Part shown: positions 12,255 through 24,222 of the stretch, one piece after another | Layout of the letters: the number at the start of each line of letters is the position of its first letter | Numbering within the stretch: position 1 is the stretch's first letter | From: Takakia lepidozioides | Taxonomy: Eukaryota > Plantae > Bryophyta | DNA length: 64,000 nucleotides | NCBI GenBank assembly: GCA_030704615.1 | Contig: CM060734.1 | Location: forward strand, 10,664,001 to 10,728,000 | Direction of reading: 5' to 3' | Notes under the pieces: generated by a model | Databases searched by the model: none | The model's input: the letters and a program-made list of their open reading frames with translations, nothing else | Told to the model about the DNA's origin: nothing | Program-made: the position numbers and the translations under genes

Positions 12255-15057
12255 TCAATTTGTACCCAAAGTATCTCGTTGTAGCAGTGTGTGAACGTCG
12301 TTGGGTCCAATCGTACATTGGTGAATGTACGTATCTCGTTTTGGATCGCAAAACATTCTCCGAATATAGATGTTGTACAAATGCTTGCACAGGACAAATT
12401 TTACTCTCTTGCCAAGAGAACTTGAGAGCGTGTTCTGAAAGTCCGGACAAGTGCAATTAGGGAAATCGCCAATAGTAATCTCATAGGTCCGGTCATGAAC
12501 AACTGATCCAGAGGTCGCCATGGTGTACACCCGCCCATACCCTGGCAAGGGAACATTCACAATTTGGGTGACGCAACAGTGCAGGGTTCTAGCAGACTCC
12601 ATCTTGCACTCATTGTCTGCACCAGCCTCAACCAAACGTACCGCTTTTCCATCCCTTTTTGTGGGCCTATCATTGCCATGTCCAGGACGTGCCGTAAAGT
12701 TGGAAGGGAAAGCCATTGGGTCAACTGGTGTTACGACAGGAGGGGCTCTCGGAAGGCAAAACCCGGCCTCCTCCAGCATGTCAATCTCCAATTTGGAGAG
12801 TGCGGTTCCAAACTTCACTGGCCACACGGCTGGAATTTGAGGCTTCATTATCACAAAATCCCGAACAGTCCCCATGACACAGCGCACAATGTCATCCGGG
12901 CAAAACCAAAACTTGTGAGGCCTAGACTCCCGCGACTGGTAATGTTTGAACAACCCGGTGAACGTCGGGGCAGGAGTTCTGCAAGTCACTTTGGAAATTT
13001 GGGACTTGCACTTCTGGAACGAGGGGGCCCTAATAGCGGCACATTTGACTTTTGATCCATGGGGAGTCCGTTCGATATGCCACATTCCGTCTGTACAATC
13101 TGACTCCTCTACTGGCAGCGTGTTCTCCCCTTCACCGGGGACTGTGGCGGTTGGAGACTCTTGAGGGAACAAAGGCAAAGAAGACTCCCCCACAAAGGGG
13201 ATGGCACCCACAAAAGTTGGGGGCACAGGCACACGTGGTACTGAAAAGTTCTCCCGATCGTGGCGGTGTGAATCTGCATCCGAGCCTGGTGGGGTGTCAA
13301 GTTTTCTTTTGCACGAACCAAACCTCTCCTCTCCTTCCAGATGTGCAAGCCGTGAGTGCAATGGTGTTCCCATTGTGCACTCGTTCACAGCCCGTGCCAT
13401 CTTAGTAGGGTCTTTCAATCTGTTTGCAGTCCTGAGCAGCAACTCTGCCATGTCTGGCCCCTTGCCTGTACCCCGTTCCCGAAGGAAATCCCGGTACCGT
13501 GTTTGTTGCGAGAGCACGCGGATCATGTCATCAGCTGTGGCAACGTACAGATCCCGCCCGTTCTTCCCGGATTGCTTCATCCAAACACTGTGCACTGTCT
13601 CCGAAAGATTGCAGGAGGGCATGTCCGCAATATCCTCAAGCGTCATATCCTGCCAGCCACCAGATTATGCAATGAGTATTCATGTTTTGAGTGCAGTTTT
13701 ACTGGACAAGAGCAGGCATCAAAGTGAAGAAACAAAACCCTCTAACTCATGGAACTTACTGTTGTCATGAAACCCCCCCACTGTCTGTATCGGAAAATGC
13801 CAAAACCCAAACCAGTCGTCCAGCTCTTTGAGGCCTTCCTGGCTTGATGCATCCGAGGAGTACCACCATGCTCGGATAGTTTGATACAGGGAGTTTGCCT
13901 CATGGTCTGTCCTTGCATCTTTGTACAAGCGGCATAGTCTCATGTGCTCGTCCTGCAATTCCACTTTTATGCAACTCTTTGTATGCCTTCGAAGGGACTG
14001 CGTCCAATGAAAGAGACAAGTGCGCTCCCTACCTTCCATAGGTGTTTTGGGGTCTCCAGATCCAAACACACACCGTACTGCATTCCAGTTTGCCTGGGTG
14101 CTGTCAGCCATGAATCCATTGAAGTTTGGATCAGGCACACCATTCAAATTCATGACGTTCACAAGAGACCTCCGCATCAGAATTTGAGATTGTGTCCTCG
14201 GATTGCATGTCACAAACGGCTATAGTCATTACTCTCTGGTAAGTGGGATCATACACATGACAAGCCATGGTCGAACATTAGCCATGATTTCTGCAGATCG
14301 CCTCCAGGTTGCATTCTTCGGACCAGGCTAACTCCACTACCCTCCCCCACCGTGGACATTTTGAATAAGTACACTTTCAAGGATCCCTGGCCTGGAAAGA
14401 CACTATCTTGAATAAAGTCATATTTGCTTCTACGCTTCAAGTCCAGAATGCTATCAATCGCAGTGCGTTGATGTGATTCCGGACATTGGGCGAGCTTAAA
14501 GTGGAAAAATGGTCCATAACAACATCTAGCTTTGAGGAGTCCAGCTTGGCTAAGATATCGTCTGGTTCTCCAAGAATATATTTTTGCAAGAACGTCTTGC
14601 TTGCCGCAAGTGCAATGGCTAACGGCGTAGCATTCAGAGCGTTGTGAACTTCTTGCTGTAGGAGTCCCAGTGCCGTATCTATACTTTCCCTGCAATCTCC
14701 TTTGCACACGGGGTGATCATGATTTCCGAGATGTATACAAGCCCGAGTAAGGGTCTGGCAACGATGAAGAACGTAGTACATGCGAGCCTTGCATGTGGGG
14801 ACGAATTTGCAGAACCTACAGATGAACGTAGTTTTACTTGGAGTGGCACAACCCACTGCAAATGGATTGTCCGCACAGCCCTCCCACTCGGTTTCGTTTG
14901 CGGAACCAGTCAGCCCCAGACCACTGTAATTTGCATTTGTACATCGCAGGTGCCCGACGCAAACTGATCTCCGAAACTTCAACCCATGAGGATTGTGTAT
15001 GTTGGAAGTTTTCGTCCGGCACCAAGGGTGTCCATCATGTTTCTTGTCCGAGACCAT
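12255..15057 (-). pseudogene. Mutator-like (MULE) transposase with N-terminal GCM-like Zn domain and C-terminal SWIM finger, frameshifted
   Basis: DGHPW..T..N..G...RRSVCVGHLRC (GCM-like); candidate DDE core LMFDH / FMAD / CLFHW / NLSETVH; SWIM CTCPDF-x-CKHL; several frame breaks and a probable intron near 13650-13770. Confidence 0.75.
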
Positions 15058-16509
15058 ATAGAGCTTACCAATTTTTTGTCCAAAGAGATCACTTGGGGTA
15101 CTTTAGAAAACAGTTTGTAGTCTAAAAAGAGCCCAACAATGTGAAGCGCGCGACCTACACCCGGCCATTGGGGCAAGTGTGAGGCTCCAATGAGTAGGAG
15201 GGCGTGGGGGTCGTGGTAGTCTATAAATAACCACAATGTCTGTTTTACAAGACATAAGACACAAGCAGGATTCATAAAATAAAAACAGGGCCGAGTCTTT
15301 TTAAGCAGATACAAGTCTGGAGTGGTATTCCAGGGTCTTAAGAAAAGCTCTGCCAGGGTAGAAAGGTAATTCAAAAACCCTGTTTGCAGTCCATCATATG
15401 AAATCAAAGTGAAATGAAGGTCTTGCAGAATGTGTGTTGTCTAGTAAGGCACAACAGTCCGTCTTAATAACCAGCCAAGAGGTTTCATTGTAGAGCCGAA
15501 TTTCAGTGCAGCCAAGGTACCGACTGCTACATTATACCCGCATTGAAACATGAAAAAAACAATAGATAAATCGGTAGATTTGTATTCCATGAGTTCTCAT
15601 GTCTGCCCTACCTCCTGCCATGTAGATATGGTTGCAAGAAACCACAAACAAGGTAAGGAGCAAAAGTAGATCCTCATTGGAGCCAAGTTGAAGCAGGTCT
15701 GCATCCGTATGCTGGCAGTTTTGAAGCGGCAAGAGGCTCAGCAGCAGGCAACAGCAGCACCCACATTTGCAAGAATAGGAACTTCAAGCTTCAAGAAATC
15801 AAGACAAGTGAAGACCCTCACCTGTGCCCGTCCCAAAAACCACCACATAAAGATGTGTGTTAGTGAGGATGCATCAGGTGAGTGGCAGGTCTTCACAGTT
15901 GCTATCCATGTCAGTGTTGAATTCTAAAGCATGTACAGATCACAATTCAAGCAAGGGTAAACTCAAAAAACCTTGAGTGTTTTGTGGTATGCCCTGCGCC
16001 ATGGCGTCCAACAGATCGTCTCCAACAGAACGCAATCAAAGTAGAAGTGTTCACAGATAGAGAATAGCTCATACAAAAATAGAGCCGCATGTAATATGTA
16101 GATAAATAGGGATAGAGTACTTCCCAACGAGGAGTAAAAGCGCCGCTGCAAATTAAAAAGAACCATGAGGGTCTGAGCAAAGCGATCATCGCTTTGTCGC
16201 CTGCCAGAGAGGAATCTGCCTAACCGCCAATGCGCATCCCAAGAGCCAGCCATCACGAGTATCATGTAGCAGCAGGGGAGCAGATTTACACGGCGCATCA
16301 TCAAGGATCCCTGAAGCACGAGTTTTGTGCTGTGAAATGTATCGGCCCGCTTAGGGCATAGCTCCTCGATTTCTCATGCAGGGTGGATGTTAGAAGGCTG
16401 CTTGGGACGTAGACACTTTTACGGGATCTGTGGGGTACCCTTAATTTTTGCACAGACTGAGACCAACAGGAGCCTTAGGGGTGACAACAGCGCACTTTAG
16501 GGGGGGGTT

Positions 16510-16708
16510 ACACAGCCCGTCACAGCCACACAGCCGGTCACAGCCGGTCACAGCCACATAGCCCGACACAGCCCGACACAGCCCGTCGCAGCCCAACACA
16601 GTCGCACAGCCAGTCACAGCTCGACATAGCCCGACACAACCCAACACATTCGCACAGCCAGTCACAGCCCGTCACAGTTTCACACAGCCAGTCACAGCTT
16701 GACACAGC
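16510..16708. repeat. Degenerate ~10-bp tandem repeat (ACAGCCCGAC / ACAGCCAGTC)
   Basis: About 20 units visible; the array ends abruptly at the LTR start. Confidence 0.9.
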
Positions 16709-17420
16709 TGTCACGACCATAGGGAACGGATAGCAAGACAGGGAACGACTGTGGGGAACAACATCTGCGAATGGAACATGTTAGTTCACGGATGACGGTT
16801 AGTGAGGGAAACGGTTAGAACAACGGGTAGGAAGATAAAGCCAGGAGCGAGGACTGGAAGAGGATCACTTCTTGGGGGGAGATCACTTCTTGGGGGGAGA
16901 ATCACTTCTGGGGGAAGAGGATCACTTCTGGAAGGACTTCGGGGGGGGGATCACAACTTGGAAATGAAGTGGAGAGCGCATCTCTGAGCAGAAAGAGGGA
17001 GAGCACGGAGTAGGAGGAGAACGATCCGTTGATACTTGCTGAATGCAAGAAGTAGAGTTGTAATGTAGAGCAGAATAGAGATACCATGGCTTCAACCTGA
17101 TACTTGATAGATATTAATCTGATACATACTTCATACTCACACTGTGTAGAGAGATCTGAGTGAAGCTGTGGAATGAATGGATGAGTTGATGGAATCCGAT
17201 AGATTGCTGAAGCAAACTGATACTTAAATACCAACAGTAAGGTAACTAGCTAACATGAATGCGGGAAGGAAAACAAATAGGAAACACCCCCATGATACAC
17301 TAGCTGTAGGTCATGACTGATTGTTCTGAGCGGGCTGAGTGCTTAGAGATTTCCAACTCTTCTATCTTGGAGTTCCTGCCTCGGAAAGCGAAGGGATGGG
17401 TGAGTAAAAGCCGCGCGACA
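16709..17420 (+). mobile_element. 5' LTR of a Tat-like Ty3/Gypsy element
   Basis: Starts TGTCACG and ends CGCGACA (terminal inverted repeat), immediately followed by a PBS. Contains a ~19-bp tandem repeat GATCACTTCTTGGGGGGA at ~16860-16955. No matching 3' LTR seen. Confidence 0.7.
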
Positions 17421-17422
17421 TT

Positions 17423-17440
17423 TGGCGACCATACTGGGGA
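17423..17440 (+). promoter_or_regulatory. Primer binding site TGGCGACC... (tRNA-Arg-like)
   Basis: TGG-starting motif 2 nt after the LTR-terminal CA, upstream of gag. Confidence 0.6.
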
Positions 17441-17938
17441 ACTGGGTCATGAACAACCAGATGTGACAGGCATCTGGTGAGATCATGGTGGATGGAGAAT
17501 TAAAGAATTTGATGTGAATCAAATTCCCTGTGAAACTAAGAAGGAAAGATTGTCCAAACGATTCTTTCAGAGGTTCTTGGAATTGCCAGACGGTTGTAAA
17601 GAAAACATTCTTAAGAGAGTGCATGATGCTGACCCTGAGTGGGGTCTGGAGAAATGAGTGATAAAGATTTATCAGGTGGCCTGTAGAGGAAGAGCACGTT
17701 GGTTACCAACACTGGTTTATGTGATAGCATTGCTATCCATTAAGCGAGTAGAGTTTGAAGGCTGGGAGCACCAAGAACAGCTTTCCAGACTTGTTTGCCA
17801 TATGGTTATATGGTAACGGAGACTTCTAGTATAGCCAAGGGTGCATTGAAGCTTGAAAGAAACCCAGGCATATATGAGAGATATTACAGAAGAGAGTTTT
17901 GGTTATTGCCACATTAAAAGAAATGAAAGACATGGGAC

Positions 17939-20900
17939 ATGAGTGATGAAAGAGAAGCTAGACGCCAGAGATATTCAGCAAAAAGAGAAAGCTATCTGAA
18001 AGCTAATTATCCATATCTTTGGGAGAGAGGAATAGACATAGGGGAATCATCTGGACCTCTCACACCATTAAGATCAGAGAGTACATCACCCATACCGGAA
18101 GAACTAGAGTTGGATGCCACTCCTTCTTTTTCTTTGCAAGAAAGATTAAGGGAATTGGTACGGGAAGAAGATCAATCACGAGGTGAAAGATCTGAGGTAC
18201 ATCCCTGGATAAAAGATTTGACAGAAATCTTTGATAAGAGTTGGCATGGAACACCAAAAGCAGGAACTCCAGTTTCTGAAGCGGAAGGTGAAGAAGGAGG
18301 AGAGGATGTGGCAGAGCCAACGGAGAGTTCAGACTCTCCAACACCATTGCAGTTGAGTTACATGAGTGAAGAAGAAACCCAAGGGCAGAACTTGGAGGAT
18401 GAAAATAGAGAGAAGAAATTGGAAGAGGAAGAGTATGAAGAAGTAGACCCAACAGCTGAGGTTGAGACTACAACCAGGACATCCCAACCCGTTGGACCTG
18501 GATCAAGTGGAGCACTTGGATCACAGGCCAACGAAGGTGTCGGCTCAGGGGGATCAGGCGGGCTGCCTGGATGTGGCTCTGGGGGGACAGGGAGTGTGGG
18601 AAGTAGTGCAATTGGAGCTGGGAATACTGTGAATATCGTGGGGCCAGTAGCAGGGAGTGCTCAAGGGCCACCACTTGGTGGAAGATCCACCACAACAACA
18701 ACAGGTCCTGAAGGACCAGCACCAGCAAGGGTGCCAGCACCTGTCAGTGGGCAGAAGGTAGGGCCACAGATGGCGTTACAACCAACACGGGCAAAACCAC
18801 ATTTTCCAATATATTCAGGAAAAAGGGATCCCGATGTACACATTAGCCAATTTGAGCACATGTGTATAGTGAACAATGAGAATGGCGATGATGCCAAGAT
18901 GAGATTGTTTCCTTGTTCACTTATCAAGAAAGCAAGTGAATGGTATGCAAGATTCCCTGATAATCATTTCCTAACCTGGAATGGCTTGAATACAGCATTC
19001 CGAAATAGGTTCAGGACAAGTAAAACTGAGGATGAAGTGTATGGAAGTTTACAACAGTTAAAGCAAAAGAAGCATGAAACTGTTGAGGAGTATATGGAAA
19101 AGATGGAATTGATGATGAAAAAGCTTGCTGCTGTACCAGCACCAGGTTTACAGAAGACTTGGTTTGTGAGTGGACTAAGACCAGAGTTGCAAAAGAAAGT
19201 GGATATGTTACCCCATAATACAGTGGAGGAGGCATTTGAAACTGCAAATAGAATTGAGCAATTCGGAATGCTCAGGAGAGAGAAAATAGATGATGAGGAC
19301 TCTGAGGATGAGTCAGATGAAGAAGAAGAGCAAGAACTAAAAAGGAAGAGTAAGAGAAAGGAGAAGTTGAAGAGGGATAACTATGAGAAAAGATTAGAAG
19401 AAATCTTGAAGAAGTATGCCACAGAGGCTGTAACACATTGGAGGAAGGGTGTTTGGTGTGCAAAGTGCCAGAATGAAGGCCATACCACCACTGAATGCCA
19501 CATGAAGGAGAAACACTGTACTATCTATAAAATGGATAACCATTCTACTGAGAATTGTTACTACAACAGAAGGACAGCTGCAAGAGAACCTAGGCAAGTA
19601 AGGGTGCACCAAGTGCAGCCCCAGCCAAGAAGAAACAATGATCAGGACCACTATGGTAGGCGTGGTGGTTATAACAATGGCATGGAAGGGAGAGGTAATT
19701 CAAGAGGGAATTACCAAGGAAATTCCAGAGGCAACTATCAGGGTAATCCAAGGGGGAATTACCAGCTAGGGAATCAGGATTACAGAAATAATCCAAGAGC
19801 AGACCAAGGGCGAGGACCCAATGGTGAAGAACTGTGTTACTATTGTAATCAACCAGGACATCGCAAGGCAGCCTGTTCATTCTGGATTAGACACCAGAAT
19901 GAGATGAGAGCTCATGTGAATGAGGGCCCAGTGGTGGCAGCTCACATGGTTAGGCCATGTGTTGTACCAGAAGTAAGTACAATGATAGTAACAAGAAGCA
20001 AAGCCAAATTAATACCTCCAGTAGTTGAGGAAGATGATGATAATGAAGGTGGCAGTGATATGCCTGAAGATGATGAGGCTTGGAGAGATGAGAAGGAACT
20101 GCACAAGGAAGTGGCAGATACTATAAGGGAAATGCAAAAGAGTACTGATATTCCTGTGGCAGATTCCTCTGATTTTGATGGAGAAGAAGAAGTGAGTGAG
20201 GATGAAAAGAAAAAAGAAGCTGCAGACATGCAAAGTAATGAAGGGACTTTGGCTGAAGTAATATGCCAGACCAAAGCAGAGATTACCATTGGACAGCTAT
20301 TGGCTGTGGCACCTTATTGTAGACATAGGCTATATCAAGCAATCAATCGAATTGCCCAGGAGACAGGAAACACAGACCTGAACAACAAGGTGACTAGTTA
20401 TAATGTGAAGCCGGAAGGGCGAGAAACAGTCATGGACTTTGATGATTCTATGCCAGTAATCCAATTGAGAATTGGAAGCACAGAACTAACTGATGTACTG
20501 ATAGATGGAGGCTCTGGAGTAAATATCATGACAGACCAATTAAGGAAGAAGCTTGGTCTAAGTAACATGAAACCAGCCCCATTTACTGTAACAATGGCAG
20601 ATCAAAGAAGTGTACAGCCATTGGGATTGATAAGAGGAGTTAAGATACAGATACAAAAGATGATCTTTATGATCACAATAACTGTGTTGAAGATGGATGA
20701 AGTCATGGAGGCTTACTCCTTATTATTGGGACGTCCGTGGCTAAAACAGGCCAGGGTATTCCATGACTGGAATTCTCAGTTACTAACCGTGCATAATGGG
20801 ATGCACGAGATACAAATTACCACAAAGAAATCTAGTAGATTACCTGCTACGAGAAGACCTCGAGGGGTCAGAGAGTATGACTGGAGAGGAGGACTGGATG

Positions 20901-21723
20901 AGGAGCAGGAAGCTACCCTGTTCGCTGCACACCCAGAGTGGGAGCAGATTGCAGAGATGCGGCTGGAAGGCCTAAGTTGTTTAAGAAGTATCTGCTGTGG
21001 TGTAGTGTCAGCAACACCAATTGAAGAGGAAACCAGCAGTTGCCCAACACATTTCTATGAAGAAAGAGAAGGAGAAATGGAAATCCTAGAGGAACCAGCC
21101 ACTGTGAGTTTACAGGATGAAGTGGTGACTGGTTGGACAATCACAGCTGATGAGCAAGTGAGGGAAGTGAATGTGGGAACTGAAGAGGAACCGAGGATGG
21201 TGAAGGTAGGAGCTGAATTGGAGCCAGAATTCTTTGAAGAAGCTAAGAGTCTGTTCATCAAATATAGAGATGTATTTGCTTGGAGCTATGAGGATCTAAA
21301 AGGGATACCACCTGAAATCTGTCAGCATAAGATTGAACTGGAACCAGGATCAGTACCAATTAAGCAGGCAAGGTACAGAATGAATCCCAACTATGCACAG
21401 AAGGTTGGAGAAGAGATCAAGAAGTTGGCTGAGGCTAAGTTTATATACCCAATAGAGTATACAACATGGTTGTCACCCATTGTGATAGTTCCCAAGAAGA
21501 ATGGTAAACTAAGAGTTTGTGTGAACTACAAGAAGCTGAATGCTTGTACGAAGAAAGATCTTTCCCTTTGTCATTCACAGAAGCAGTATTGGACACTGTG
21601 GCAGGCCATGAGATGTACTCATTCATGGAGTGGTTATAATCAAGTGCAAGTGGCAGAAGAAGACCAAGGAAAGACAGCTTTCATCACAGACTGGGGTGCT
21701 TATGCATACAAAGTCATGCCCTT
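17939..21723 (+). mobile_element. Ty3/Gypsy (non-chromovirus, Tat-like) gag-pol, truncated inside RT
   Basis: Gag (LFPCSL..KASEWY); Zn knuckles CAKCQNEGHTTTEC and CYYCNQPGHRKAAC plus one degenerate knuckle; protease LIDGGSG; RT start VFAWSYEDLKGI...WLSPIVIVPKKNGKLRVC. Frameshifts near 21560-21630; cut at YKVMPF by the 1-kb repeat. Confidence 0.9.
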
Positions 21724-24222
21724 TGTTGGAGCTGCTATTGCTTTGGGACCTGTTGGACTGTGTTTCGCGTGCTCACGATTTGTTTTTCATTCCGTTTTTG
21801 AATGGGGCGTGTAATGTAGCCATATGCAATGTGCGTGCCAAATTTGGGAGCGATCAAAATTCATTTGGACCCAAAACCACAGTTTCTTCCCTGTTTTGCA
21901 CTCCAAACTTGATTTGTGTTCTACTTCATGCACTCTTCACAGAGAGTTCTGCAATAGTGAGCGAAAGAGAATACCTTTTTTGGGGGGGCATTTTTGATTG
22001 GTCCAAATTTTGGCGGGGGAGTAGCCGTGGGATGCTGGAAGCCGCAGAACAAAATTGAGCCAAAAACAAAATCGATACGTGCCAGAAACCCCCACTGAAA
22101 GGCAGTGCAAACCTATTTATTGGCTTAAAATAAATTTAAATTCAATTAAATATGTGGAATGGCTTGAGGGGGGAGCCATGGGGAGGCAAATGATTTATTC
22201 GTCTGTTGTGTCTCCGCACATGTGTCGCGCACATGTTCAAGCACGTGCGGGCAAAAGAGGGGCTTCAACCACAACCGTTCAATGGGTGCAATAGTCGTGC
22301 ACGCATTGCAGGATTTCTTTTTCGCATTGAACAAAAAAACCAGATGACAAGTGAACGCCTCATTGGACAATGGAACGATTTTCGATTGATCTCGTATTAC
22401 ACTGGGACGTATCAGAGGGTACATTGAACACACTGGCCAAGGTTTGAAAGCGAACGAAAATCATTTGGATGGGCAACCATCCGTTGGCCCATTGAACAAA
22501 TTTCGATTGATCTCATATTACTCTGGGGCCTCTTACATGGCACATTGAACATAGTGGCCAAGTCTCAAAGCGAACCAAAATCATGTCGATGGCCAACCAT
22601 CCGTTGAGCCATCCGAATGAATTTTTGATTGATCTGATATTAGTCCGGGACCTGTGAGAGGGTGTCTGGAACGTGCTGGCAAAGTTTGGAAGCTAACAAA
22701 AATGATTTGGACAGGCAACCATCCGTTCACCCGTTGAATGTATTCTGTTGGAGCTGCTGTTGCTTTGGGACCTGTTGGACTGTGTTTCGCGTGCTCACGA
22801 TTTGTTTTTCATTCCGTTTTTGAATGGGGCGTGTAATGTAGCCATATGCAATGTGCGTGCCAAATTTGGGAGCGATCAAAATTCATTTGGACCCAAAACC
22901 ACAGTTTCTTCCCTGTTTTGCACTCCAAACTTGATTTGTGTTCTACTTCATGCACTCTTCATAGAGAGTTCTGCAATAGTAAGCGAAAAGAGAACACCTT
23001 TTTCGGGGGGGGCATTTTTGATTGGTCCAAATTTTGGCAGGGGAGTAGCCGTGGGATGCTGGAAGCCGCAGAACAAAATTGAGCCAAAAACAAAATCGAT
23101 ACGTGCCAGAAACCCCCACTGAAAGGCAGTGCAAACCTATTTATTGGCTTAAAATAAATTTAAATTCAATTAAATATGTGGAATGGCTTGAGGGGGGAGC
23201 GCGTCCATGGGGAGGCAAATGATTTATTCGTCTGTTGTGTCTCCGCACATGTGTCGCGCACATGTTCAAGCACGTGCGGGCAAAAGAGGGGCTTCAACCA
23301 CAACCGTTCAATGGGTGCAATAGTCGTGCACGCATTGCAGGATTTCTTTTTCGCATTGAACAAAAAAACCAGATAACAAGTGAACGCCTCATTGGACAAT
23401 GGAACGATTTTCGATTGATCTCATATTACATTGGGACGCATCAGAGGGTACATTGAACACACTGGCCAAGGTTTGAAAGCGAACGAAAATCATTTGGATG
23501 GGCAACCATCCGTTGGCCCATTGAACGAATTTCGATTGATCTCATATTACTCTGGGGCCTCTTACATGGCACATTGAACATAGTGGCCAAGTCTCAAAGC
23601 AAACCAAAATCATTTCGATGGCCAACCATCCGTTGAGCCATCCGAATGAATTTTCGATTGATCTGATATTAGTCCGGGACCTGTGAGAGGGTGTCTGGAA
23701 CGTGCTGGCAAAGTTTGGAAGCTAACAAAAATGATTTGGACGGGCAACCATCCGTTCACCCGTTGAATGTATTCTGTTGGAGCTGATGTTGCTTTGGGAC
23801 CTGTTGGACTGTGTTTCGCGTGCTCACGATTTGTTTTTCATTCCGTTTTTGAATGGGGCGTGTAATGTAGCCATATGCAATGTGCGTGCCAAATTTGGGA
23901 GCGATCAAAATTCATTTGGATCCAAAACCACAGTTTCTTCCCTGTTTTGCACTCCAAACTTGATTTGTGTTCTACTTCATGCACTCTTTGTAGAGAGTTC
24001 TGCAATAGTGAGCGAAAAAGAACACCTTTTTTGGGGGGGCATTTTTGATTGGTCCAAATTTTGGCGGGGGAGTAGCCGTGGGATGCTGGAAGCCGCAGAA
24101 CAAAATTGAGCCAAAAACAAAATCGATACGTGCCAGAAACCCCCACTGAAAGGCAGTGCAAACCTATTTATTGGCTTAAAATAAATTTAAATTCAATTAA
24201 ATATGTGGAATGGCTTGAGGGG
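21724..24222. repeat. ~1.03-kb tandem repeat, ~2.4 copies (starts 21724, 22746, 23775)
   Basis: Near-identical units starting TGTTGGAGCTG; recurring identical ORF translations; three ~120-bp internal subrepeats ending CAACCATCCGTT per unit. Confidence 0.95.
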
